Assembly: GCA_003693705.1 (NCBI GenBank)
Contig: RBZT01000680.1
Location: 17,481-81,480 of the forward strand
Direction: 5' to 3'
DNA from: Polymyxa betae A26-41
Taxonomy: Eukaryota; Protista; Endomyxa: Phytomyxea
DNA: 64,000 nucleotides
Both the position numbers and the translations under genes were made by a program. Every line of letters begins with the position of its first letter. Positions within the stretch are counted from its first letter, which is position 1. A model generated the notes under the pieces. It was given only the letters and a program-made list of their open reading frames with translations, was not told the DNA's origin and did no database searches. Of this stretch, positions 27,605 through 37,835 are shown piece by piece.

Positions 27605-30600
27605 CCCTAGGCCACCGATATTAGGAATGTATACATATTATCACTCAACCGGACTTTTCTATAATTTGCGTGAACTGGGCAATAAAAAGAATATATTCTT
27701 ATTAGCTTGTCACAGAATACTGAAACGGCAGCCGTCTGTTATGAGGCCCCAGCTGATTGTTTGTATTTTTGAAGATAACATATCTGTTTTAGGATCAAAA
27801 GGTACGCTCAGCAAGATCCATTGCCTCTCTTGACCTATTCTCTTTCCAACTGGATCCCTGCGATTCTACATTGCTAATATGGCTGGACCAGAGAGGACGT
27901 TCCTGAATGGGAGATTGTTGACGAAGACGAATTTCTTGATAGCGCTGGTGGCCCCCGTTATAAACAGTTCCTTCGAACCATTGTCGATCGAATTTCTAGA
28001 AACTATGCGAACCGTCGTGTGGGAGCGTCGCGCAGAGAAATGGTTTTGACCGTGATCGAGCCCGCTTTCCACAGACTAGTGTCATTCTTCAACTCCGCGA
28101 TGCCAGCGAGCATTCAGCACACAAAAGTCGCTGAATATTCGCTTTATTAGAACTGCTTTAGTGATGTCAGCTTTGAACTGTTCTTCCGACCAAAAGTTCG
28201 AGATCATGGAGGGTCTTAAACTACCAGTTTTGGATTACGGACGACTTAAATAACTGTTAGAAAGCACCCGAGCGTACTCAGCATTGGGGAGAACTGGGTC
28301 ATGGACACGTGGATGACGCTCAAGGCGACCATACACCAAAATTCATGGAGCTTGAATGGATTCGTTTGGAGGAGAGCCGACGCCGCATTCTGGACGCTGA
28401 CAACGCGTGGTTTGTTGTTGATGATGACTTGATCAGTTCAAGAGCACAAGATGTTCAAGTTAAGACTTTGAGTCAGAGGAAGGCTGGCAAGGATTGACAC
28501 ACAGCTTATGTCTTGGCTGATAAGCATTCTCGTATTGGAAAAGCAAGTAAGCTACGTGTGAGAGGTGCGAAACAAGAGGAATCTGTTGATTACCTGTTCA
28601 AGCTACTGACAAACCATCACGCTGGATCTCTTCGAAGCTGTGGTGACTCAAGATCGGGGATACGGGAACCCTGAAATTGAAATGAAAACGGTTCAGAGCG
28701 GAATGGGGTGCACCCTCATCATGCCGAATCACCTTATGAATCACCACCCCTATGCCTGATGCCTCAGAATCACAGCTTCAGGCATCGAAGCTGCTGCCAC
28801 TTTTTATAAGGCAAGGAACAACCAATCTACTTTCGAGATCGGCCAAAGTGATGATGATCCTGACGAAAATGATGAAGTTGATGATATTGACACTGACGGA
28901 ATGGCAATCGGTTTGCATGAAGTTGAATCGAAACGAAAACACGAGGTCATTCTGATAACAAATCTGGGTAATGCCAGAGCATCTTTGCTTGGGGCCGATG
29001 TTTGGGCGGCTTCGAAAAAGGTCAAAGTTGCTGGACAATCTAATGCTGTTTCAATGCAGGTATTCGCTATTGCCGTTCGCGAGCGTGACGATCAGAAAGC
29101 CTGTAAAAGATTGAGGTTGTGCATCGCGTGGCCCAGTATTCTTTAATTTTTTCACAAATGGATGACGGTTTATAATGATCTAAGCAAATGCAATGCCAAT
29201 AATACTTTGTTGTTTCCAGAAGATTCTGCTGTTACGAAGACCCGGTCACGTGTAATTATTGAAGAAGCAGTTGCGGGCCTATGCGCAGACTGGTTTCAGC
29301 TGCGAAGCTATCGTTGCACTGCCACTATGGCAGCATTTCTGATTCGTCTTGACACGTTCGCTCACAGGTTCATGTCGCGTTCTTGTTCAATTAATGTTAC
29401 TGACGCTCCAGATTCCGATGGCATTATTCAAATGTTTGTGAAATCGTGGTTTCATCGACACTCATCCACAGATATTATGCGAAGAGGAACGAAAATGAAG
29501 CTCGAATTGTTGAAGCCATTTCAGACCTGAGCATTGTCGACCACATCTGTGAGGTTGGCTTGATTCGACACAAGACCCTTCAATGGGCTGCAGCTTCCCC
29601 TGATGGTATAGCGATGATCTCGATTCCTACTGGGGTTTTCCCTTGTGTTGTCGAGATCAAGAGCGAGATCGTTGGCTCCAGCGTTGACGCAGCTGTTGCT
29701 GTTCGTAACAGATACGGCACGTTGATCTACTTGAAAGTTGAGGACGATGTTTGGTGGGAAGCAATTCCTAAAGAGCATCGGGCGCAGCTGCTGCATCAGG
29801 TATGGAGATGGGTGAGATTATCATTGACGTGATCCTGTAACAACATGATCTACAAGTTTGTGTCTCTGAATTCAACTACTTTATCTACTGCAAGGCTCGG
29901 GAAACATCTCCAATCTATTGTGCAGTTGGGTACGTCACGTTTACTCAAAAAGATGCCTTCATCGGCGCTTTCACCAACGTGGGAAATTCTCCGCTTGACT
30001 GGACGCACACGGACGTCAGGCCCCATGATGTTGTCCTGCCGGCATGGATCGAAAATCAGACTCGGATATTCTTCGTTCGCATTATCGCTTTTGGAGAATG
30101 ATTCAGGATACTGCTCAGTTGAAGGGACCATTGAAACCTGTCAAAGTCTCTAAGCACAGTGCGCAATCCCTTTATTCAAAGATGAAACGGGGAGTTGATG
30201 GTGCAGCTGACTATTTATCTCGAATATCATTCCCACTGGCAAACTTGCCTTCGAGGTTAAATTCGTGCTGAGGTCGGTAATTATGGTTGTCATCAACGCA
30301 TGCATCGCATACAGAATGCATAGATGACGAGATTTGGTTGATAGCGGTGATAAATTCCCAAACAGATTGCTGAATAATTGTTAACGATCTGTGGCGAGAG
30401 TCGAATATGTATCAGATTGTATATTCAAGGCCGGTAAGGAATTGCTAGTCTCTGCCCCAACTGTACCGCCTCCAAACGCTGATGTTTCGACAAGTGAATC
30501 TACATAGGCACGCGGCTCGTTGACAAAAAAACAGGTGGCGTTATTGCAAGCAAAGATTCCAATCAGGGAACCTTTGAAATTTTTCAACTCTCAGGACGGG

Positions 30601-31472
30601 CAACTCTTACGAGATTCACGAGGCAATCACGTTCCCATTATGAACGCAACCGACCCAAAGACAAATAAGCCGTATACTCGTGGCAGAAGATGCGTTTCGT
30701 GCGTTCGGGAGTTAAATCGTACTGTACCACCTGTCGCCAGTTTATGTGTGCATCCGTCCTAGGCACTCAAAGCACAGCCTGCGCCGTTACGCTCCACCGA
30801 CGAAAGAAGTTGGCCTCGACGAGAGATACAACTCGTCAAAAACGAAAGTATTCGATTTCGGATGAGCAACCATAAAATCGACTGCAACGTCGTCTGAAAT
30901 TGTCAGATTCGAATGCAGACCAGGAGGCAAATCTTGCAGATGATCGAGATCGAACAGTTGGCGATTCTAATGATCAACTGTCCGATTGTTATGCAGATAT
31001 TGTTGACGGGGAGCATGCCAACCACGTTTCTCACACTTTTGGAGTCGAGGCGAGTACACCCTCTTCACAATGGCCAGACGGGGCCAGAGAATCATGAATA
31101 TTTTTCTTAGACCGGTTCCTAGCACGGCATCCAGGGCATGAAATCGCCACTATGCATCGTACTCGACATTTAAGTGACGAGCCTAAGAAGATTCAACGGC
31201 ATTTTCTAACCTTAGATTTCAGAAAAAGGGCTTTTGAGATAATAAGAATATAGTCTTAATAAAGAAAATCTCCGATGTGAGCCCTATCAATATTCAAAAT
31301 CAATTTATGAAGCAACCGACAGGGCAACAGAGAATATGTTTTGGAACTGAGCTGGGGAGAGCATTGCAGCCATCACCCAAATAAAAACCGAGTTGATAAC
31401 GCTGTTTACTCGCTTGTACAGCATTCCAAATTGCTATTCGGAATATATTGTTAAGATCTCCGTGGCTTAGGG
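27605..31472 (+). mobile_element. piggyBac-like DNA transposon with ATAT TSD and an embedded YqaJ-like exonuclease domain
   Basis: TIRs CCCTAGGCCACCGA / CCCTAAGCCACGGA; ATAT at 27601-27604 and 31473-31476. Removing the element restores the gypsy integrase-chromodomain frame. Confidence 0.85.
27870..30875 (+). pseudogene. piggyBac-fold DDD transposase fused with a YqaJ/lambda-exonuclease-like domain and a C-terminal Cys-rich domain
   Basis: VVDDD (28420), QDRGY (28652), DWFQLR..RCTAT, RGTKNE, ASPDG (29596), VEIK (29653), QLLHQ, YSKMKRGVD (30197), VINACIAY, CxxC..CxxC..C..C..H tail. Confidence 0.8.
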
Positions 31473-31476
31473 ATAT

Positions 31477-32104
31477 TGAAGCTGCTTAATAATAACATCA
31501 GTTATATCAAGATGTTTATCACAATAAAACTGAATCCGATCACAATGTATTTGTTGTATCTCTCCAGTGAGCAAATTTTCAACTGTGAAAAAAGTCAGAT
31601 GCATGAAAATCGACAATTAGATGAGGTCCATGCCATACAAAATCGAGTATATTATCAGTTTTGTTTCTTGTAATGGAACAAGACATCGTCGCCAACATCA
31701 AAGTTAGGCAATTCCAATGTTTTGATTTACTATCTCGGTGAGATTGCCGCTCAGTCTCTGTAGCAGCTACAATTGCTTTATGCATATACCGGTACTGAAA
31801 ACTATTCTGCCAGTTTTCAATTGAATTTACAATTTGGTCTGCTTGAATATCATCAGAGCTAATAGCAAACGTTTTGTGCTATAAAAATTAATATCTAGAG
31901 GGTTGTCAGCTGGCCATCCGGTCATTACAGTGATCGGCCGGTGAAAAGCTAAACGACATGTGGACGATGGTTTATGACATACATGTTGCACCAGTTTTAC
32001 AAAACAAGGCCAATCAGCGTAATCAGAGCGAAATTCTGATATTATACAAGGTATTAAATTTACAACATTACGATTCACAATTTTAATCGTGCCATTTGAG
32101 TATG
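31477..32104 (-). pseudogene. Gypsy integrase C-terminal half (continues into the chromodomain at 27600)
   Basis: YSNGTIKIVNR, ISEFR..DWP, PITVMTG.PADNPLD, WHGPH, HCDRIQFYCD. Confidence 0.85.
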
Positions 32105-32156
32105 AGGCTGGTTCAAGTGTGAGAAAATGCGGGGAATAAATGCGCAATAAAGGAAA

Positions 32157-33021
32157 ATGCGGTTGAAAAGTGCAGCGGACGGAAAATGCGGCGGCGGATT
32201 TTTCAAAGGGCTGCGCCAGAATTGCGCCCACTGGGAGAATGGAGCTGCATTCTCTGCAATTATCCATTTCTGGGCGTCAGCCATGTCGACTGAATCGGCC
32301 CCGAACCTAGCTCCTTCCACTCCGTCTAGCCATGGGACGAGCAAGCGGGCAAGAGGTCGACCATCTAAGGATGAGAACCGTGAAAAACCAATAGCTTGGT
32401 CTAATGGTATGGTGGAGCAGTTGATGGAGCTGCGTTCTAAACAGTTTTATGATTTTTTCAAAGATAGTAAGCATTGTCACCGCATTTCAGATGGCTGGAA
32501 CAAAATAGGATACGAAATGACCAAAACAACTGGGCAAAACATCACCAAAGATAAGGCACGACAGAAATTCACACAATTAAACAAAAAATGGCGCCATCAC
32601 AAGCCCGATGGAAAAGAATCTACCAAAACCGACAATGAAGACCCTGGTGATAATAATAAAGACGAAGGTTTCGAATGACTGCTGCTCAGGTCAGAGAGTC
32701 AATCATTCAGCTAGGGGTCAACAATTGATCACTAATGTACAACCAACAAAAACTAACCTGATCGGCAATGGAATAGCATTGATGGGTCTGTCCTTGGAAG
32801 GCGGCCTTGCTGGACTTTCAGAAGGGCTCAATAATATTGCTTCCTCCTTATACTGCCAGGTGCCGGAAAAGACCAATGAAGAAATGCGGTCGCTCATGAA
32901 AGGAGTCAAGGAAGATCAAAACAAAACTCGAGAGGCTCTTGAGCGGGTAGCCACCATGCTAGAGCGGGGTGCAGCCGTCCAGGAAGCACTTCTCGAATTT
33001 CATCGCTCTAAGAAAGATTGA
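32157..33021 (+). pseudogene. Myb/SANT-like DNA-binding protein (Harbinger ORF1)
   Basis: WSNGMVEQLMELR...GWNKIG...ARQKFTQLNKKWR trihelix motif plus a coiled C-terminus. Confidence 0.8.
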
Positions 33022-33053
33022 GTGTAACTACAGCACATGCAGAATACTTTATA

Positions 33054-33779
33054 TCATTTTCGTTGCGCCCACAAATAAGCTCGAATTAGGTCACGACTTT
33101 TCTTAGCTGCCTCTCCAGCAACTGCCACAGCTCCGTTGCCTGCGAGATTATCATTGGAGTCAATTTCAATTATAGGTTGATGGGCGTCTCCCTCCACCTC
33201 TACGTACACATCGTGCAGGTCGATAAGGATATTACGCAGAATAAGGCAAGCTCGAACAATTCGTGCCATACGCTTAACACTCACCTTTTCGTATCGACAG
33301 TCAGCTCGGCCATTGCCTTCGTTGCCTTTCTGATTCAACGGTGCTTTGAAAATGCGGAAACGGTTCTTCAAAAGCCCAAGAGCTATTTCGATGTTGATCC
33401 GAGTAATTGAATGAAGGCTATTATAATGTTTCTCCTGGGAATCTCTGGTGTCATTGTCATACGGTGTCAATGCAATGTGTGAACAGCTGGTATCCTGTAT
33501 CAGCGACGATCCCCTTACAAGCAGGAATAATAGCTGCAATAGTCCGGCCAAATTTCGAGCGGTTATAAACACCTTTGTCGTTCTCGGATCCAGGGAGATT
33601 CTTTCGAGGAAATGATACGAAATTGTGCGTAAAAAGTATGATGAATTTACGGCCAACCCTATTGTATTGATAAAATAATAAATCACCAGGGTCCACTTCA
33701 GTCGGGCCGAGTACATCTCCGTTCCGATCGCCGATAGTCCGTGACCATAAACTTTTGCGTGGTCTGCTATCCAACACAT
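33054..33779 (-). pseudogene. HARBI1-like transposase, 5'-truncated
   Basis: PGSENDKGV, VADTGY, LTPY, YNSLHSITRINIEIALGLLKNRF, ACLILRN. Confidence 0.85.
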
Positions 33780-33789
33780 ACCGGTACTC

Positions 33790-34203
33790 TCATTGAATTG
33801 TCATTAGGTCACGTCATCCATGATCGCCAGCGAGTAGGCATCGTAGAAATCGTCCAGGCCGGCTACCTCTCTCGAGCCATCGTCCAGGAAGGCTACCTTT
33901 TCTCCGGAGCCAAGTAGCAAAAGACATAATTTCCATTCCAGGATCTTCAGTGTCTGTAGAGCGGATCTTCAACTGCAGTCGAGAGGAGATTGGGCTACGC
34001 CGGTTTTCTGTGAAGCCAGACACTACGCGCATTAATTTTCGGAAAATGTGCTTTGAAGGCTGGAAAAAATTCAACATCATTTTTTCCCTTTTTTTCAAAT
34101 TGTTTTGTTTCGGTACCGGTACTACCGGTATCGGACCCGGGTTTTCCGGTCGGTACCGGTAAAATGGCGATACCCGACCCGTGAATACCCGATCGGAGCC
34201 CTA
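33790..34203 (+). mobile_element. 3' end of a second hAT element (hATC domain and terminus)
   Basis: VAKDIISIPGSSVSVERIFN; TACCGG/ACCCG subterminal repeats; ends ...GGAGCCCTA (reverse complement TAGGGCT). Confidence 0.75.
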
Positions 34204-36558
34204 AATATTGCATCTACGGTCGTAATGGCCCATCACTTCAGAGATGAAGTACGACGCGATATCCGTGACCAAAATTTGCGGACTGCCAAACAGGACTCGC
34301 CATTCCATCAGCGCTTCCACTGTTATCATGGCGTTCGGGGTATGTGCTGGGGTGATTTTGATCATACCTGTCAGGTCTTCTCTCAAAATCGGATTCCATT
34401 GATAATCATGGGATCCGCTTTGGGGTTCTGGCATTACATATATCTAATCCATATGCAGCACTTTATTACGCTGCATCCCATGAACGGCTTCTCCGAGTGG
34501 CCTTGGAATTCTGACTCCACCTCTGGTTGGGAGGCAGTGTAAACAAAGTTTACACAATTTCCTCATATATTTTTCGCAACATTTCCACCGGCAGAATATT
34601 TTTTTGTCGCTGCTTTATATCCCAGGTGGCCACTGTTTCCCCCGCTATGCGCAATAACACATAACCGCGTCTTCAGATCTTCAATCTGATCAGGAATTAT
34701 AATCCTGCCATCCTTCACACTTCAATCCTTCTGTATTAACTTTAATAAAATCTTCTGTATTGAGCCACTTACTTTGTTCACTTCTGATTTCTTCTAAGTT
34801 TGGCCATTTAAAATCTCTTTGCAACGGCCTCACTCTCATCTCTCGTACGGTGAGCTTCTCTGCCGTATCATGAAATGGATCTGGCGCTCCCCATCTAGTC
34901 ATAAGGTCTGCCAAACATTTTGTTCACCACTGATATGTTCAATATCGTAATTAAAACGCTGGAATTCTAGCGCCCATCTCTGCAACTTTTGGGCAGTATG
35001 TTTTGATACTTCTTTTGGTGAAAAAATCTGGACAAGATTTTTGTGATCGACAAACAGTTTAAACGGTCTCTTCATTTGTAATAAATAGTCTAACTTCTGA
35101 ATTGTGTCCTTTATAGCAAATCCTTCTTTTTCTATTACGGACCATTTTAATTCGACTGCGTTAAACCTGTGCCCTACAAATACTAGGGGCTCATGTCTCT
35201 GCAGCTCGACTGGTTTCTCGGCGTCTTTTATCGGAATCTGCGTGACCATCCCCGATGCGTTATAATCATTGGCATCAGTGAACATGCACTGAATTCGGTC
35301 CTCTCGCGGAAACCCGAGCGTCCCACTCTGCGCAACGGCCATTTTTAACTTTTCAAATGCCAATGCGTGTTCAGGGCCCCATCCAAACTTCATAAATCAG
35401 ACTTGCCGTGCTGCACTTTTCTTCCTGCTCGGCATTTTCTTCATGCATTCCTCAAATATTTGCTGAAGTTTATATACTTTGGAGTTAAATTCTGGAATTG
35501 ATCGGCTCATCCACTGCACTGCCATTCAGAACTGTTGCAGATCCCTTACTGTCTTCGGTTGTGGAATATTGAGCAATGCTTCTATCCGTGCGGGATCATG
35601 CTCTACCCCTTCTGATGAGAACACTCTTCCACAGAATTTTACTTTATTAGCGAACAGGTCGCCTTTTGTAACATTAAACTTGATGTTGGACTTCTTTGCT
35701 ATTTTAAGGGTTTCTTCCAAACTGTTNNNNNNNNNNNNNNNGATAATCAACTTCTTATACATCATGTCTTTGAACACTTCTGACATTCTAGCCTGAAATT
35801 GTTTCGCTGAGTTCAGCGCTCCTTGGATGGATCTGAAAGGGTATACCGGTAGACTCCTCTATCTGTCATAAAGGAGAGCATCTCCCTACAGTCTTCTGAC
35901 AACTGCATCATCCAGAAACCTTTGAAAGCGTCCAGCTTGAACAATATCTTCGATCCAGCCAGGTGATTGACAATTGCTTCCATGAAAGGCATGGGTCAGA
36001 CCGTACTTTCGCATAGAGCATTAACTCCACTCAAGTCTACAGTCATTCTACGGCCTCCATCTGGTTTCTTCACTACCAATACAGGCGATGCCCATTTATT
36101 TCTTCTATTAGACCGTACTTCGATAGTTCATCAGTAAATCTCTTTCAGAAATTCACTATCTTCTGGGCTATACTTCCTAGCCTTGCACTTGTATGGTGCT
36201 ACATTTTGCTTCAGTTGGGTAACGAATGGAGTAACCTGCAGGACGGTCTGGACCAAGACTTTTCCACCAATCGGATTTATATTTCCGTATCAATNNCAGG
36301 CAGTCCATTGTCTGCAGCTTTTTTCCTCATTTCATTTAGGCTGCATTCAATCTCAAGCGGACATATTGCCCCAATGCCAACTTCCTCATCTGCTGGGCTT
36401 ATCCGCTGCGCAATTTCTTCATTGCGTTCTTCTAAATCTTCTGTATTGTCCAAAGACGTCACTTCATCTTCGTCTTCTATATTATCAATAGGCCTATTTT
36501 CGNNNNCTTCAATAAATCTCCTCCTAAGAAGATTTCGTCACTGGGTGCATCCCAGAGA
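34204..36558 (-). pseudogene. Gypsy-A pol (protease C-terminus, RT, RNase H, integrase N-terminus)
   Basis: EIFLGGDLL, WASPVLVVKK, LDAFKGFW, VKFCGR, FTDAND, IEKEGFAI, VDHKNL, KLQRWAL, HSGETVATW (HHCC region). Confidence 0.9.
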
Positions 36559-37563
36559 TTGCTGGGAATTTGGCCTTCGGATTGGCCTTCTCCGCGCACT
36601 TATTCTTTGGCCTTCTAATTGGCCTTCTCCGATGCAATTGGCCTCCTGGATGGCCTTCTGGATGGCCTTCTCCAATGTAATTGGCCTTTTGGTTGGCCTT
36701 TGCGCAATTTTGTTGGTTTCCTTACTATAAATCACAGTTTCCGGGTATTGATAACTCTCCTTCTTTTGCAATCTGTATAGTACGGAATCTTGATTTTAAT
36801 GATATAAAAGGTAAATGTAACATCGTAGATCGTAGCAATTGTAAAATTTTCATCTCTCACAAATCCATGGAAGATTCTTCGCTTGAAGTCGATACCATTC
36901 GGGAAGTTTCGTCGCTGGAAGTCGGTACCGCTGGCCTAAAACTAATCCAATTACGAAAATAGTGCACTGGCATCCAGCAATAAGAGTCCTTTTTGCAAAC
37001 TCACCGGGGAATAGACCGCTGAGATATTGTACGTTGTGCTTTGCGGGCAGAATTTGGTTGATTGGATATACGAGCAGTCTAGCACTGCGACCATTTTCTG
37101 GTCTAATTATTTGGTTGTTTCTCTCGCGCTATCAAAAATGAGCGAATTAAAATCTCACGGTTGATAACACAGTTGTACTCTGCGATCAGCTAAAAGGTCG
37201 TCGTTGACAAATTGGGCAATCATTGGATCTTGCCTCAGCATTTCTTGGTAATCTTCAATGGACCGACAAAAATGGTCTGAAGCCCGTCACCCTTCTCCAT
37301 TAATCTCCGACGGAATCAATGTAAAGGTAGAAATTCTTCTCATGCGAGGGCCGCTTTCATGATAGAGTTTAATCTGACAAACATTTCGAATTTTGATAAA
37401 TTACAGTGTTTACTTTTTTAGAGATCATACGGAGTTTTCTGGGGTGAGAACATCCCCGCTGCTCAAATTGAAGCATACATCGAAACCACGTTCTGCAATT
37501 TCATCAGTGCTATATACCTGGAAAGATTGGTTAACTCTCAAAACCCTAAAAACGCTAAACCCC

Positions 37564-37835
37564 CGCATAGTTTACTGCGTCCTACTGCTCGTAAAACTGC
37601 GTATCCCCTTCCTATCTTTTCTTAAATCTTTCTTTATTTTATTCTTCTGACGAATTCTATCGCGACCCCACAAATCATCGGTCTCCTTGATTCCACGGTG
37701 CCGCCACGGTCTTTACGCAATAATACATTAAATTTCCATTCTCTCTATATTTTCCTTCTCGTTTCTAACGTCGTCCGAACAGCCGCAGTCGGCGGTTCGT
37801 GTCGTCGTCCCGACGTCAACTGGAAAGTTGTCACA
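37564..37835 (+). repeat. 5' LTR of gypsy-B (first ~5 bp lost)
   Basis: Direct repeat of 42914-43186 with roughly 10 differences; ends GTTGTCACA. Confidence 0.92.

Noticed and set aside
36570-36700. CRISPR-like array of TGGCCTTC repeats (also 46170-46320)
   Set aside because: Units are 8-10 bp with short irregular spacers, are inverted between the two sites and are bounded by a TSD. They are MULE TIRs; no cas genes.
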